From a virus (Duplodnaviria > Caudoviricetes): a stretch of DNA of 35,883 nucleotides. Location of the stretch: positions 1-35,883 of IMG/VR virus record IMGVR_UViG_3300032233_000359. One strand, given 5' to 3'. Shown one piece after another: positions 9,295 to 17,711 of the stretch. The position numbers and the translations under genes are program-made. A model generated the notes under the pieces. It was not told the DNA's origin. It saw nothing but the letters and a program-made list of their open reading frames with translations, and ran no database searches. Every line of letters starts with the position of its first letter. Position 1 is the stretch's first letter.

Positions 9295-10520
9295 TAGCCA
9301 AGCGCCACTATCAGAGAAAGGGATTCTTGCGTCGAGAACGTATCAATCGCCGTTCGGGCAGCCGCTGAGTTAGCTGCGGTGAACACCGACGTTCCAACTG
9401 ACGTTCCACCAAGATTGACAAGAGCGCCAGGTGCAGTTGTTGCCCCCGTGCCACCGCTGGCGATTGGGACAGGCAGCGCCACGTTCAGGGTCTGAGCATT
9501 AACAACATTTGTACCGTTGCAGTAGAGGATGGCGGCGCCGCCCTGAGGGACGGAAACGCCGGTTCCAGATGCCGTCTTCACGGTCAGGGTAAAGGCGCCA
9601 GTCGTATTGTTGTTGATCCAGTACTGCTGCACCGTGGCGGGCACGATCACATTTCGGTTGCCGGTGAGAACGCCGATCAGATCATAGGCGATCCGGTTCA
9701 GCTCAAAGCCCGAGAGGGTGTAGTTGCCGGTTCCAGCCACGTTGATTTGGGTGTAGTCGAAAGTGAAGACCGCAGACTTGCCAAGGCCGACCGTGTAGAA
9801 GGAGGACCCGTCGCAGATGATCATCGCGGAATCGCCGGGGTTCATCACCAGCGTTGATGCGGAGTTGATGGTCTCGGTGCTACTGGGGTCTACCGTGAGG
9901 GCGCTGCTGCCGTTGTTTCTGACATAGAGGAACCAGTCATCGCCGAGCGTTGAGGCTCCTGTCAAGGAGAGCGTTCCGCTGGATCCGGTCCAGTTGATCA
10001 TGTGGGCGCGGTCGCCGACGCCAGCCGTGTAGCTGGAGTTAAGCTGAAGGACCGTGATCGCCTGGTTGAGCGTGGTCGTGATCGCCTTCAAGCCAAAACC
10101 AGCCAGGGCGGCGGCGTTGGCAGACGAGGTTGTGGAACCAAACTGATAGGCTACCCACACGCCAGCGGCGGTGGTGTTGGAGGTCATATACACCTGCCAA
10201 AGTGTGCCGGGCGCTACCGTGCAAATGGTGGCCCCGGTGCTTTTAACAACCGTGAAAGATGTGCTGCCAATGTTGTTGAAAAGGGCGCACTCGCCAACGC
10301 TGGCCTGATCGGCGGCGGGCATGTAGACCTTGCGAGAAGACCCAGTGCAGTTCACATCCATGATGCGAGCAGTAGGGTAATCGGCGGCAGTGTTGGGCGC
10401 GTTGGTCTCAACCGGCCACGCCAACGTGACGTCAGAGGTAGTTAGGCTGAAGGCTAAATATGAGACGTCCGAGGGGTAGATGTTCGTCCCGCCAAAGACT
10501 TCTGTGTAGGTGGTCGTCAT
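9294..10520 (-). CDS. virion structural / tail fibre-associated protein
   Basis: 408 aa, Thr/Ser/Gly-rich beta modules, PIASGGTGATTA motif, ends in IVALG. Confidence 0.65.
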   Translation of the reverse strand: MTTTYTEVFGGTNIYPSDVSYLAFSLTTSDVTLAWPVETNAPNTAADYPTARIMDVNCTGSSRKVYMPAADQASVGECALFNNIGSTSFTVVKSTGATICTVAPGTLWQVYMTSNTTAAGVWVAYQFGSTTSSANAAALAGFGLKAITTTLNQAITVLQLNSSYTAGVGDRAHMINWTGSSGTLSLTGASTLGDDWFLYVRNNGSSALTVDPSSTETINSASTLVMNPGDSAMIICDGSSFYTVGLGKSAVFTFDYTQINVAGTGNYTLSGFELNRIAYDLIGVLTGNRNVIVPATVQQYWINNNTTGAFTLTVKTASGTGVSVPQGGAAILYCNGTNVVNAQTLNVALPVPIASGGTGATTAPGALVNLGGTSVGTSVFTAANSAAARTAIDTFSTQESLSLIVALG

Positions 10521-11174
10521 TTATACCTCCGTCCGACGGGCGGAACGATCAAGGATCTTGGAGAGGTCTTCGCCATTGAGAGCCTGAGCCGAACGGTCAT
10601 ACATCTGCTGCCAGACGGGGATGCGTTCGTCGTTCTTCAGGAATGGCGTGGCCTCAAGCAGGGACGCATACAGAAGCACCTGCGGGGCGTAGTCGGTGAG
10701 CCAATTGGTTTGGTTTGTATCGTCGAGAAGGGGCAGAAGCTGGTAGACCAAGACCTCAAAGGGATAGGCCTGGTCCGGTGTCGGCGCCACGATCCAGTTG
10801 TTGTAGTCGTACTCGGCGTAAAAGAGCGGAACGTCGGTATCGCTCCGGTTCGGCCAGTAGGACCGCACATATTCATAAGACCGGGGGAAGAGCTGATTGT
10901 ATTCGTTGCTCTGGTCGCCAGTCCCGAAGTTGAAAGACACGGTTGAACGCCAACGGTCAGGCTTGGGATAGACAGCAAGACCGGGCTGCATGGCGCCAGT
11001 CAGGACGTTAATCAGGCCCTCGACCTTGAGTTCACGGGCTATCCGACGCTCGGCGAGGTTGATCAGCCTGGGGATCTGCTCATAGACGAGTTGATCCGAC
11101 GCGAGCGTGAAGCCGCGCTCAAGATAGCGCCGGATGTCTTCTTTGAGAGTGGTGAACGTCGTCGTCGTGGCCAT
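10521..11174 (-). CDS. head-tail adaptor / tail tubular protein A-like
   Basis: 217 aa with IPRLINLAERRIAREL, VAPTPDQAY and TNWLTDYAPQVLLYASLLEA. Confidence 0.7.
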   Translation of the reverse strand: MATTTTFTTLKEDIRRYLERGFTLASDQLVYEQIPRLINLAERRIARELKVEGLINVLTGAMQPGLAVYPKPDRWRSTVSFNFGTGDQSNEYNQLFPRSYEYVRSYWPNRSDTDVPLFYAEYDYNNWIVAPTPDQAYPFEVLVYQLLPLLDDTNQTNWLTDYAPQVLLYASLLEATPFLKNDERIPVWQQMYDRSAQALNGEDLSKILDRSARRTEV

Positions 11175-11191
11175 GGCCTATCCTAACACTT

Positions 11192-11710
11192 TCAGGCTTG
11201 ATCCGCCATACTGGTAGCCTTGGCCTTGACTCGGCCCACTCTGTCAGTCCACCCCCTGCCGAACGTGTCGAAGGTCGAAAGCTTCTTCAGAAAGTCGAGA
11301 CGCATGTCGCAGATGGCGTCGGCGGTCTCCTTGGCGTCGCAGGATTGGATGGCCTCAAGGGACTTTGGGCCAATCACACCGTCTGCGGTGACTCCGGCGA
11401 TCTCTTGGAGGTACTTTGCAGCCCGGCCAACGCCAGAGTTCACGGCGAGGTCATAGGCGGCGTAGTCCACGCCAGAGGGGAGCTGGTCGCCCTTGATCTT
11501 GTCCCAGTACATGGCCTTGTAGAAGGGCTTGACGGTGTCGGGTGTCAGGGCGCGCATCTCGGCCTCGGTGACGTCGCGGTTCAGGTAGCCCTGCCACGCC
11601 GAGCGAGTGACGCCCAAGTTCGTCATGCCGCCAGGATCTTTTGGGTGGTCAACAAAACCACCTTCGCTCTTGATGACCATGGCAAAACAATCGTTCCAAT
11701 TCTCTTTCAT
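11192..11710 (-). CDS. endolysin, glycoside hydrolase family 108 with C-terminal peptidoglycan-binding domain
   Basis: EGGFVDHPKDPGGMTNLGVT catalytic signature, D.AVNSG, ADGVIGPKS and FGRGWTDRV. Confidence 0.92.
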   Translation of the reverse strand: MKENWNDCFAMVIKSEGGFVDHPKDPGGMTNLGVTRSAWQGYLNRDVTEAEMRALTPDTVKPFYKAMYWDKIKGDQLPSGVDYAAYDLAVNSGVGRAAKYLQEIAGVTADGVIGPKSLEAIQSCDAKETADAICDMRLDFLKKLSTFDTFGRGWTDRVGRVKAKATSMADQA

Positions 11711-12231
11711 TTTCCGTCCCTCGCTGTAAGAGCGTCAGTCTTGGCTTTAGACCCGGCGCTGGAGCCGTAATAGAACTGAACGACGCCGGTCCATGAGGTG
11801 CTGAGAGAGCCTAGCATCATCAAAAGCACCTCGGTCCCAGTTTGGGGGATCCCAAAGACCATGATCCAGATCAGCGCCCCGAAGAATCCAAATGTGATGA
11901 AGAAGGCCAGGGCCTTCGGGGTCCAGTCCTTAGTGTCGCGCTGCATCTGCCTGGCGCTATCTCGATCCCCAGCAGCGATGCGCTCAAGGTCAATGTCGAG
12001 GGACTTCATCTGCACCTTGAAGTCTGCGTCGATCTTCTTGATGGCTGCAAGTTGTTCGGGTGAAGCTGACGCCATTGCCTCAGAGATCTGCTCCTCGGAG
12101 GCATCTTCGTGGCCGAAGATGGCGTTGGATAGGGTCTTGACGGCAACGCCAGCCAGCGGGCCTCCCAACGCCGTGGCGATGGTTGGCGCCACTTGACCAA
12201 GTAGGGGGCCGAACTGATCAAGTAAGCTCAT
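11707..12231 (-). CDS. putative holin (GTA 3TM-holin-like)
   Basis: DRDSARQMQ followed by two TM helices and FYYGSS. ATG at 12231 has an AGGAG RBS. ATGA-coupled to the endolysin. Confidence 0.7.
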   Translation of the reverse strand: MSLLDQFGPLLGQVAPTIATALGGPLAGVAVKTLSNAIFGHEDASEEQISEAMASASPEQLAAIKKIDADFKVQMKSLDIDLERIAAGDRDSARQMQRDTKDWTPKALAFFITFGFFGALIWIMVFGIPQTGTEVLLMMLGSLSTSWTGVVQFYYGSSAGSKAKTDALTARDGK

Positions 12232-12242
12232 TTTCGACACTC

Positions 12243-12707
12243 CTAATGCGCGAGGAATTTTATCATAAGCAGGGCGAGAATAACGAAGACGGTGATGGCC
12301 GTGACAACAATGATCCCGCCAACAAGAACATTGCCCATCATTTCTTGCTGTTCTTTTGCAGCCTGAAGAGCGGCGGCCTTCTGGTCTTTACGAATTTGTG
12401 TGGTGTGAGAAAGCACCTGATCCCAAGCGGCGATGCCAAACTCGCCAATGAACTGGTTCTTCAGATCTTCCATCATTGCATCAGCTTCAGCCTTGGCGGC
12501 ATAGGCTTCCATGGCGATCTGCTGCGCGGACTTGCCGCTCATCAAACTGCCCTTGGGGTCTGCGGCGGTGCGTGTGATGGCGGCTACGCTATCAAACAAC
12601 GAACCAAGATCAGCAGCCATTCCCTGCAATTCTTTGCCAACGGCTATTCCGGCCTTGATGGCCTCATAGCTGACTTTGGCTGCGGCAAGGAGGCTGAGGG
12701 GGTCCAT
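12243..12707 (-). CDS. membrane protein with C-terminal TM helix
   Basis: 154 aa helical protein with a long hydrophobic C-terminus, in the lysis cluster. Confidence 0.7.
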   Translation of the reverse strand: MDPLSLLAAAKVSYEAIKAGIAVGKELQGMAADLGSLFDSVAAITRTAADPKGSLMSGKSAQQIAMEAYAAKAEADAMMEDLKNQFIGEFGIAAWDQVLSHTTQIRKDQKAAALQAAKEQQEMMGNVLVGGIIVVTAITVFVILALLMIKFLAH

Positions 12708-13180
12708 CAGCGCCCCTTTTCAAGCAGGGTGATGCGCTTGTCGAGTTCTGACACCATTTTCATCGTGTCAAAACGAATGGAGGCTCTCGCCTGCGCGGCG
12801 TCCGCAGCCATGTCGAGGCGGCTCTTATCGACAGCGGCCATTGAGCGCTCGCGGTCCAAGGTCATCGCAGCACGGGCCAAAGCAGATTCCTTCTCGACTT
12901 TGGCGATCTGGTCCGACAGGTGTTCCCTGATCTGGGCCATATCGATGGTCGTCCCCTGCGGAGGAATGGCCTTGTTATCGGCGTTCACAACCACCGCGAT
13001 CTTCGACTTTAGTTGAATGATTTCGTTGTTCGCGCTGGATAGGGAGCTCATGAGGTAGACAACGCAAGAGAACAAGATGGGGATGCCGGAGAAGGTGATC
13101 TTCTCGACGAGCGCGCTCTTGCTGGCCGTTGCGGCCATCTCAAGAGCAATCTTCTCCTGTTTTTCCTCTGTCGTGCTCAT
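12707..13180 (-). CDS. membrane-anchored coiled-coil protein
   Basis: 157 aa; one TM segment near residues 27-47, then coiled coil. Confidence 0.7.
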   Translation of the reverse strand: MSTTEEKQEKIALEMAATASKSALVEKITFSGIPILFSCVVYLMSSLSSANNEIIQLKSKIAVVVNADNKAIPPQGTTIDMAQIREHLSDQIAKVEKESALARAAMTLDRERSMAAVDKSRLDMAADAAQARASIRFDTMKMVSELDKRITLLEKGR

Positions 13181-13422
13181 TTGTCCGCCTTTCGCTTCTC
13201 AAGGCTGTCAACCTTGTCAAAGATCTGCCTGCACAAGTCTTTGATTTCTTTGAGAGCATCTGAGAACTCTTCGCGCCGGACGTAGCGGCTTGGAAGCTCA
13301 ACCTCAAGTTGGTGGATGTCGGACTTCAGGCGCTCAACAGCTTCCCACAGTTGCCTGGCGAGCCAGCCAATGAGCGCCAGAAAGGCGCCAAGAGCAAAGT
13401 TGATGAGTGTCTGTGTTTCCAT
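13177..13422 (-). CDS. small N-terminal-TM coiled-coil protein (holin/antiholin-like)
   Basis: 81 aa; LINFALGAFLALIGWLA TM segment and YVRREEF motif. First gene after the - strand promoter. Confidence 0.7.
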   Translation of the reverse strand: METQTLINFALGAFLALIGWLARQLWEAVERLKSDIHQLEVELPSRYVRREEFSDALKEIKDLCRQIFDKVDSLEKRKADK

Positions 13423-13449
13423 CGACCTATCCTGCGCTACAGCACCAAA

Positions 13450-13478
13450 ATTCTACATTGTGTTGATGTTTCGGTCAA
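13450..13478 (-). promoter_or_regulatory. sigma70-type promoter for the lysis/nozzle/ejection genes
   Basis: - strand TTGACC (13478-13473), 17 nt, TAGAAT (13455-13450). The -10 is ~28 nt upstream of ATG 13422. Confidence 0.75.
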
Positions 13479-13483
13479 AATGG

Positions 13484-13511
13484 TTGACACCGCCGTGGAC
13501 CATGCGACACT
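13484..13511 (+). promoter_or_regulatory. sigma70-type promoter, divergent, driving a candidate sRNA
   Basis: TTGACA (13484-13489), 16 nt, GACACT (13506-13511), with an extended -10 TGn. Confidence 0.6.
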
Positions 13512-13516
13512 GCCTG

Positions 13517-13646
13517 CGTCAAGGAATGGTCCTTGGCTTACATACGGCGATGCTTATGCGTCAGGTGTCTGTAGGCCCAGCCCACTCAGTGATTTGTTCG
13601 AGATACTTGCCCCAGCCTGGTAAAACAGACTGGGGCTTTTTCTTTT
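13517..13646 (+). ncRNA. candidate structured small RNA (~125-130 nt)
   Basis: Bounded by a promoter and a + strand terminator. Hairpins GTCAAGGA/TCCTTGGC and GGCTTACA...TGTAGGCC with inner GATGC-TTAT-GCGTC. Confidence 0.55.
13609..13646 (+). terminator. intrinsic terminator oriented for the + strand
   Basis: GCCCCAG...CTGGGGC stem followed by TTTTTCTTTT. There is no U-tract in the - direction. Confidence 0.8.
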
Positions 13647-13977
13647 AGGCTGACGCCCAAGGTAGCGGGGGCGTCACAACAGGCGGGTTCACCTGATTGG
13701 CGATGTTCGTGGCAAGACTAGCCTCGATGCTGGCGACCTGTTCAGGCCCCATAGCATCCTGCACCCAGCCAACAACCTGAGACTGCGTCAGGTCAGCGTA
13801 GGGCGTGTAGGGCGAGCCTGCGACGTAGGTAATGCCAACCGTGCCGTAGCTGGTAGCATTGTAGGTGCCGTCAGTGGCGTTGACGCGCCAGTGGATAGTA
13901 AACACCACATCCGTCTGCCCTTCAGCTTGCGGGTAGCAATCCATCTGCTCGATGATCCAAGTGTTCGTTACGCTCAT
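13645..13977 (-). CDS. tail fibre-associated small protein
   Basis: 110 aa with DVVFTIHWRV, PYADLTQSQVVGWV and PLPW end; located downstream of the S74 fibre. Confidence 0.75.
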   Translation of the reverse strand: MSVTNTWIIEQMDCYPQAEGQTDVVFTIHWRVNATDGTYNATSYGTVGITYVAGSPYTPYADLTQSQVVGWVQDAMGPEQVASIEASLATNIANQVNPPVVTPPLPWASA

Positions 13978-14126
13978 TGTGCGGCCTCCTCAAGTGCAGG
14001 TTGATTGATCTGCGCCTGCGCCTGTTCACGTATTTTTTGGACCAACTCAAACACCTGCGCGTAGGGCATATTGCCGAGCGCCTGCATGATTGCGTTGATT
14101 TCATTGATAGTCAGATCGAGTTTCAT
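13974..14126 (-). CDS. 50-aa hypothetical protein (not in ORF track)
   Basis: MKLDLTINEINAIMQALGNMPYAQVFELVQKIREQAQAQINQPALEEAAQ*. GAGGGG RBS; ATGA overlap with the next gene. Confidence 0.75.
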   Translation of the reverse strand: MKLDLTINEINAIMQALGNMPYAQVFELVQKIREQAQAQINQPALEEAAQ

Positions 14127-14127
14127 T

Positions 14128-15789
14128 TTACTTCCCCTCTAACGCAGCAAGACGAGCCTCAAGCGCGTCGTTCTTGGCGGATAGTTCTTGGCAAGCGGCG
14201 ACAAGGACAGGAACTAGTTTTGCATAATCAACGCCCCACGGGACATCAATAGAGCCATCTTCTTTATCTCTACCAACGGATACAGCATCAGGAATTGTTT
14301 GCACCAACTCTTGAGCGATAAAACCATAATCAACGCGGACCCCTGTAGCTTTCCAGTTGTAGCTTCTGACCTTTAAGTCAGCAAGTTTTGAAAGCGCCGC
14401 AGGGGCTGCTTTAATGTTTTCCTTCAAACGCTCATCCGAGCCTGTGTAATACTGAACTGTTGACCCATCAGTTGTTCTTATCCAGCCGATGTTTGAACCG
14501 GATGCGTTTTGAAAGAGCGAGTAATAGCAAGCTGTGTTGCTTCCAACCCTCCAATAGCTACAAGTAGTTGTTGTACCTGTAGTCTCAAAATAAGAAGCAT
14601 CTCCTGACCCAACAACATTTATTTTTGCAGAAACGCTCGTCGTCCCCACCAGCAAATTGCCGCTGCTGTCGATGCGGGCTCGTTCGGTCGGGCCAGAGCC
14701 ACTGTTGGTCTGAAACAGAATTGCGCCCGTCGTTGCGCTTACGGAGGCAAACTTAATGCCGCAAATGTTGGTTGTGTTGTTATAGTAGTTGAAGATATTT
14801 ACGCCGCCAGTGCTAAATGTCCCGTCGTTATAGACAGAAAGTTGGTCGTTGTAACCATTGTGCGTCCCAACTTGCAATTTATAAGTAATTGCACTCGTCC
14901 CAATCCCCACGTTGCCGCTGGAGTCGATGCGCATACGTTCGGTGTTGACAGTGTCAAAAATAAGAGCATAGGACCCAATAGTGCCAATGTCCAAAGTACC
15001 GGCGGTTTGCAGGACGTTATTGCTGTATAATTTTAATTTGTCACTTACGCCAAAGTAAGCAAAACCGTTAACGTCAAGCTTACCGCCAGCCGTAGGCGAA
15101 CTCGTCCCAATCCCCACGTTGCCGTTGGATTCGATGCGGGCTTTTTCAACACCGCCTGTCATAAATGCCAGCGGGATAGCAGCAGCATTGCTTGCAGTGC
15201 CTGAATTTATAAAACCAAGCTGCGCAACACCAGTTTGATACCGAGCGCCGATAGTAGTGTTTTGGTCGGTGTTAAAAACAGTGAGAACTTTGTCATATGC
15301 GCCAGCATAAGAACTAGGCGAACTCGTCCCAATCCCCACGTTGCCGCTGGTGTCGATGCGCATACGTTCTGTAGCGTTGTTATTGCGAAAAACGACGGGC
15401 GTAGTCGTGTCGTTTGCGACTGGGCCTAAAGCAAAGAAAATCCCGGGAGCATAATTGATGGATGATTGACCGTTTGCGCCAGATGAGCCAACAAAAAGAT
15501 CCAAAGACGCATAACCAGTGGAACTTGTGTTTTCAACGCGGCTAACCACATACGCAGCGGCAGAAGAACTTGATACATGAAGTTTTACTGCTGGCGAACT
15601 CGTCCCAATCCCCACGTTGCCGCTGGAATCAATCAAAGCGGCAAACGTCCCAGCCGTGCTGAAGCCGAGTTGATTTGTGCCAGCGAGGTACATGCCCGTG
15701 GCATTGCCGCCCAAGAACGAGAAGCTGGGCGTGGCAGCGGTTCCCTTTTGAGCAAGGATCTGCTTGCTGTTTTGAGCGGCGGTGGTCAT
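14128..15789 (-). CDS. tail fibre with RIDSSGNVGIGT repeats and C-terminal intramolecular chaperone (peptidase S74)
   Basis: Five ERMRIDSSGNVGIGTSSP-type repeats, then SDERLKENI, GFIAQEL, VDYAKLVPVLV and a terminal coiled coil. Confidence 0.9.
   Translation of the reverse strand: MTTAAQNSKQILAQKGTAATPSFSFLGGNATGMYLAGTNQLGFSTAGTFAALIDSSGNVGIGTSSPAVKLHVSSSSAAAYVVSRVENTSSTGYASLDLFVGSSGANGQSSINYAPGIFFALGPVANDTTTPVVFRNNNATERMRIDTSGNVGIGTSSPSSYAGAYDKVLTVFNTDQNTTIGARYQTGVAQLGFINSGTASNAAAIPLAFMTGGVEKARIESNGNVGIGTSSPTAGGKLDVNGFAYFGVSDKLKLYSNNVLQTAGTLDIGTIGSYALIFDTVNTERMRIDSSGNVGIGTSAITYKLQVGTHNGYNDQLSVYNDGTFSTGGVNIFNYYNNTTNICGIKFASVSATTGAILFQTNSGSGPTERARIDSSGNLLVGTTSVSAKINVVGSGDASYFETTGTTTTCSYWRVGSNTACYYSLFQNASGSNIGWIRTTDGSTVQYYTGSDERLKENIKAAPAALSKLADLKVRSYNWKATGVRVDYGFIAQELVQTIPDAVSVGRDKEDGSIDVPWGVDYAKLVPVLVAACQELSAKNDALEARLAALEGK
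14893..15622. repeat. four identical 25-bp intragenic direct repeats
   Basis: ACTCGTCCCAATCCCCACGTTGCCG starting at 14893, 15100, 15322 and 15598 (periods 207, 222 and 276 nt). Confidence 0.9.
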
Positions 15790-16106
15790 TAGGTCAGCTC
15801 CAGCACAGAAGCAACAACATCAACAGAAGCTGCGGCGGTCACCGAGATGCTGTTGCCAGTCAAAAGAACGAGACGGTTGTTGTTCGACAGCACCGAGATG
15901 TTGCTGGCGGCTGGGAGAGGTGCGCTATTGATCAGATTAACTGTCGTGGCGCCCTTAGTAAGACTAACAGTCACGGTCGTGTCAGACCCAGCATCGTTGG
16001 CGACAATCAAGCCGATTACCGTGCTCGTGGTCGATGCAGGTGCGGTATAGACGGTCGTGACGGTGGTGACATTGTTTGCCACCGCATTGGTAAATGTCTG
16101 AGCCAT
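15789..16106 (-). CDS. small beta-rich virion protein
   Basis: 105 aa with TVYTAP..T.TVIGLIVAN and DVVASVLE. Confidence 0.75.
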   Translation of the reverse strand: MAQTFTNAVANNVTTVTTVYTAPASTTSTVIGLIVANDAGSDTTVTVSLTKGATTVNLINSAPLPAASNISVLSNNNRLVLLTGNSISVTAAASVDVVASVLELT

Positions 16107-16115
16107 GGCGCTCTC

Positions 16116-17201
16116 CTATTCGGCTGCTATCATATCTGAACCGGGGGGTGCTGTCACGAAGTCAAGGTTTGCTTTGAGGCGTTCATTCTCCGGCTCAAGC
16201 TCTGAAGCGATCCTAGCCTGCTCGATGCAGATCTCGGTCATCCCAAGGTGCCAAGCCGAGATAGAGGCGAGATCGTGCGCCTGAGATCCCCATACCGCCG
16301 GGTCGCAGGTGTAGACCTTGAGTCGGTCCTTGATCCGCAGGGCGCGCATGGCGAAGGCGAAACACTCCTCCCAGCGGCACTCACGGTAGGCAAGCATGGC
16401 GAGTTCGCACCAGGGCTCCCTGGTGTTTGGCGCCTCTCCAGCGGCGGCGTGGAAGGCCTTCTCGGCCTCTCTGGGCTGCCCCAGCTCGCTATAGCACCTG
16501 CCCATGACACGGTAGGCGTAGCACCGCTCGTTCATCCATGTGGCTCGTGGCAGCGCCAGATAGGACTTGCAGGCGTCGATGCTCTCTTGCCACCGAGCAT
16601 GGAAGCTTAGCTCCCGAGCATAGTAGAAGGCGTTGCGCGGGCAGTCTGGGTCTTCTTTTACGGAAAGCTCCAGAAGATCCATGTATTGCCCCCGGCTCTT
16701 GGTCGGGTCCGGCTTGTGGACGGCCATGAGGAAGTCGGTATTGGCCCAGACCTCTTCAATCCGCCCGTCAGGGATAGGATATTCGTGGCATGGGTGGTGC
16801 CACATATAGCCTTTTCTGGCGTGGATCTTCTCATAATAGAAGCTAATGCCGCATCCCCAGTCAAACATGTAACGGAGACGGGTGGTTCCTTCGGTCCAGA
16901 CACGCTCAATCTCCTCACGCCAGCCAGGCTCTAGAAGCTCGTCAAGATCAAGACTAATGCAAATATCCACATCCCGAGGTACAAGGGCCAAAGCAGCATT
17001 ACGAGCGAGATCAAACCTCCAAGGAGTAATGCATATGTCATGAACTGTAACGCCACATGCCAAAGCCCGCTCCACCGTCCCATCTGTGCTCCCCGTGTCC
17101 GCAATGAGAATGAGGTCGGCGTCCTTCGCAGACTCGCAGAAACGCTCCACAAACTGCTCTTCGTTCTTGCTGATGGCGTAGACGGCAATTTTCAATGGCA
17201 T
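16116..17201 (-). CDS. glycosyltransferase family 2 with C-terminal TPR-like repeats
   Basis: ISKNEE, DTGSTDGT, FDLARNAAL, SLDLDE and HE motifs, then helical repeats (RNAFYYAREL, AYRVMGRCY, REPWCELA). Confidence 0.9.
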   Translation of the reverse strand: MPLKIAVYAISKNEEQFVERFCESAKDADLILIADTGSTDGTVERALACGVTVHDICITPWRFDLARNAALALVPRDVDICISLDLDELLEPGWREEIERVWTEGTTRLRYMFDWGCGISFYYEKIHARKGYMWHHPCHEYPIPDGRIEEVWANTDFLMAVHKPDPTKSRGQYMDLLELSVKEDPDCPRNAFYYARELSFHARWQESIDACKSYLALPRATWMNERCYAYRVMGRCYSELGQPREAEKAFHAAAGEAPNTREPWCELAMLAYRECRWEECFAFAMRALRIKDRLKVYTCDPAVWGSQAHDLASISAWHLGMTEICIEQARIASELEPENERLKANLDFVTAPPGSDMIAAE

Positions 17202-17204
17202 ATC

Positions 17205-17399
17205 TTACCCCGCACTCGCCAGCGACTGTATTTGCGCCGAGATAGCCGCAAGCTGCGCCTGCAACTCTTCCAGCGTCGGCTTGGCGGGCACAGGCTCCTG
17301 CACGGTGGCAGCGTAGGCCAGCGCAGCAGCCTCTTCCTCTGGCGTGTACTGGATGACCTTGACTTCACCAGTCTCGACGTTGACCTCAATGCGTTCCAT
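17205..17399 (-). CDS. small tail-associated protein
   Basis: 64 aa, EVNVETGEV...PTLEELQAQL; GGAGG RBS. Confidence 0.75.
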   Translation of the reverse strand: MERIEVNVETGEVKVIQYTPEEEAAALAYAATVQEPVPAKPTLEELQAQLAAISAQIQSLASAG

Positions 17400-17408
17400 G
17401 TAAGCCTC

Positions 17409-17711
17409 CTATTCTACGGGCGCTTCCCAGAGCCATGTGGTGGTGTTCAATGTCCACTCAGGCCCCGGCTGCGGTGCGTAGAAAACATCATTTACGGAGT
17501 CGTAGGTGTAACCAATGCCAGCGTAGTTGCCGCGCAGGGCTTCACCACCATCAGGCTCACCGTTTGCCCCGTAGTGTACCCCGCTACGGGTGTTGTAGCT
17601 GGTCTGCATCCATTGGCCGGGCGACGAGTCCACGAACGTGTCGAAGAACTCCGGTTCAGCGACGATGACTTGCACAACCTTGCCATCAAGGCACTTAGCA
17701 AAATGACTCAT
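17409..17711 (-). CDS. small acidic partner of the Gly-rich tail proteins
   Basis: 100 aa with HFAK, WMQTSYNT, RGNYAGIGYTYD...FYAPQP; ATGA coupled. Confidence 0.8.
   Translation of the reverse strand: MSHFAKCLDGKVVQVIVAEPEFFDTFVDSSPGQWMQTSYNTRSGVHYGANGEPDGGEALRGNYAGIGYTYDSVNDVFYAPQPGPEWTLNTTTWLWEAPVE

Noticed and set aside
12707-13180. Spanin lipoprotein (ILFSC lipobox-like)
   Set aside because: The Cys lies near residue 38, mid-TM, after an acidic N-terminus, so this is not a signal peptide II.
13526-13648. 40-aa peptide MVLGLHTAML... (and track ORFs 13309..13623 and 13316..13648) within the sRNA
   Set aside because: AAGGA abuts the ATG with no spacing and is sequestered in a hairpin, and the frame runs through the terminator. 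It cannot be fully excluded.
14893-15622. CRISPR-like array of 25-bp repeats
   Set aside because: Spacers of 180-250 nt are far too long, the repeats are in-frame coding (GNVGIGTS) and non-palindromic, and no cas genes are present.
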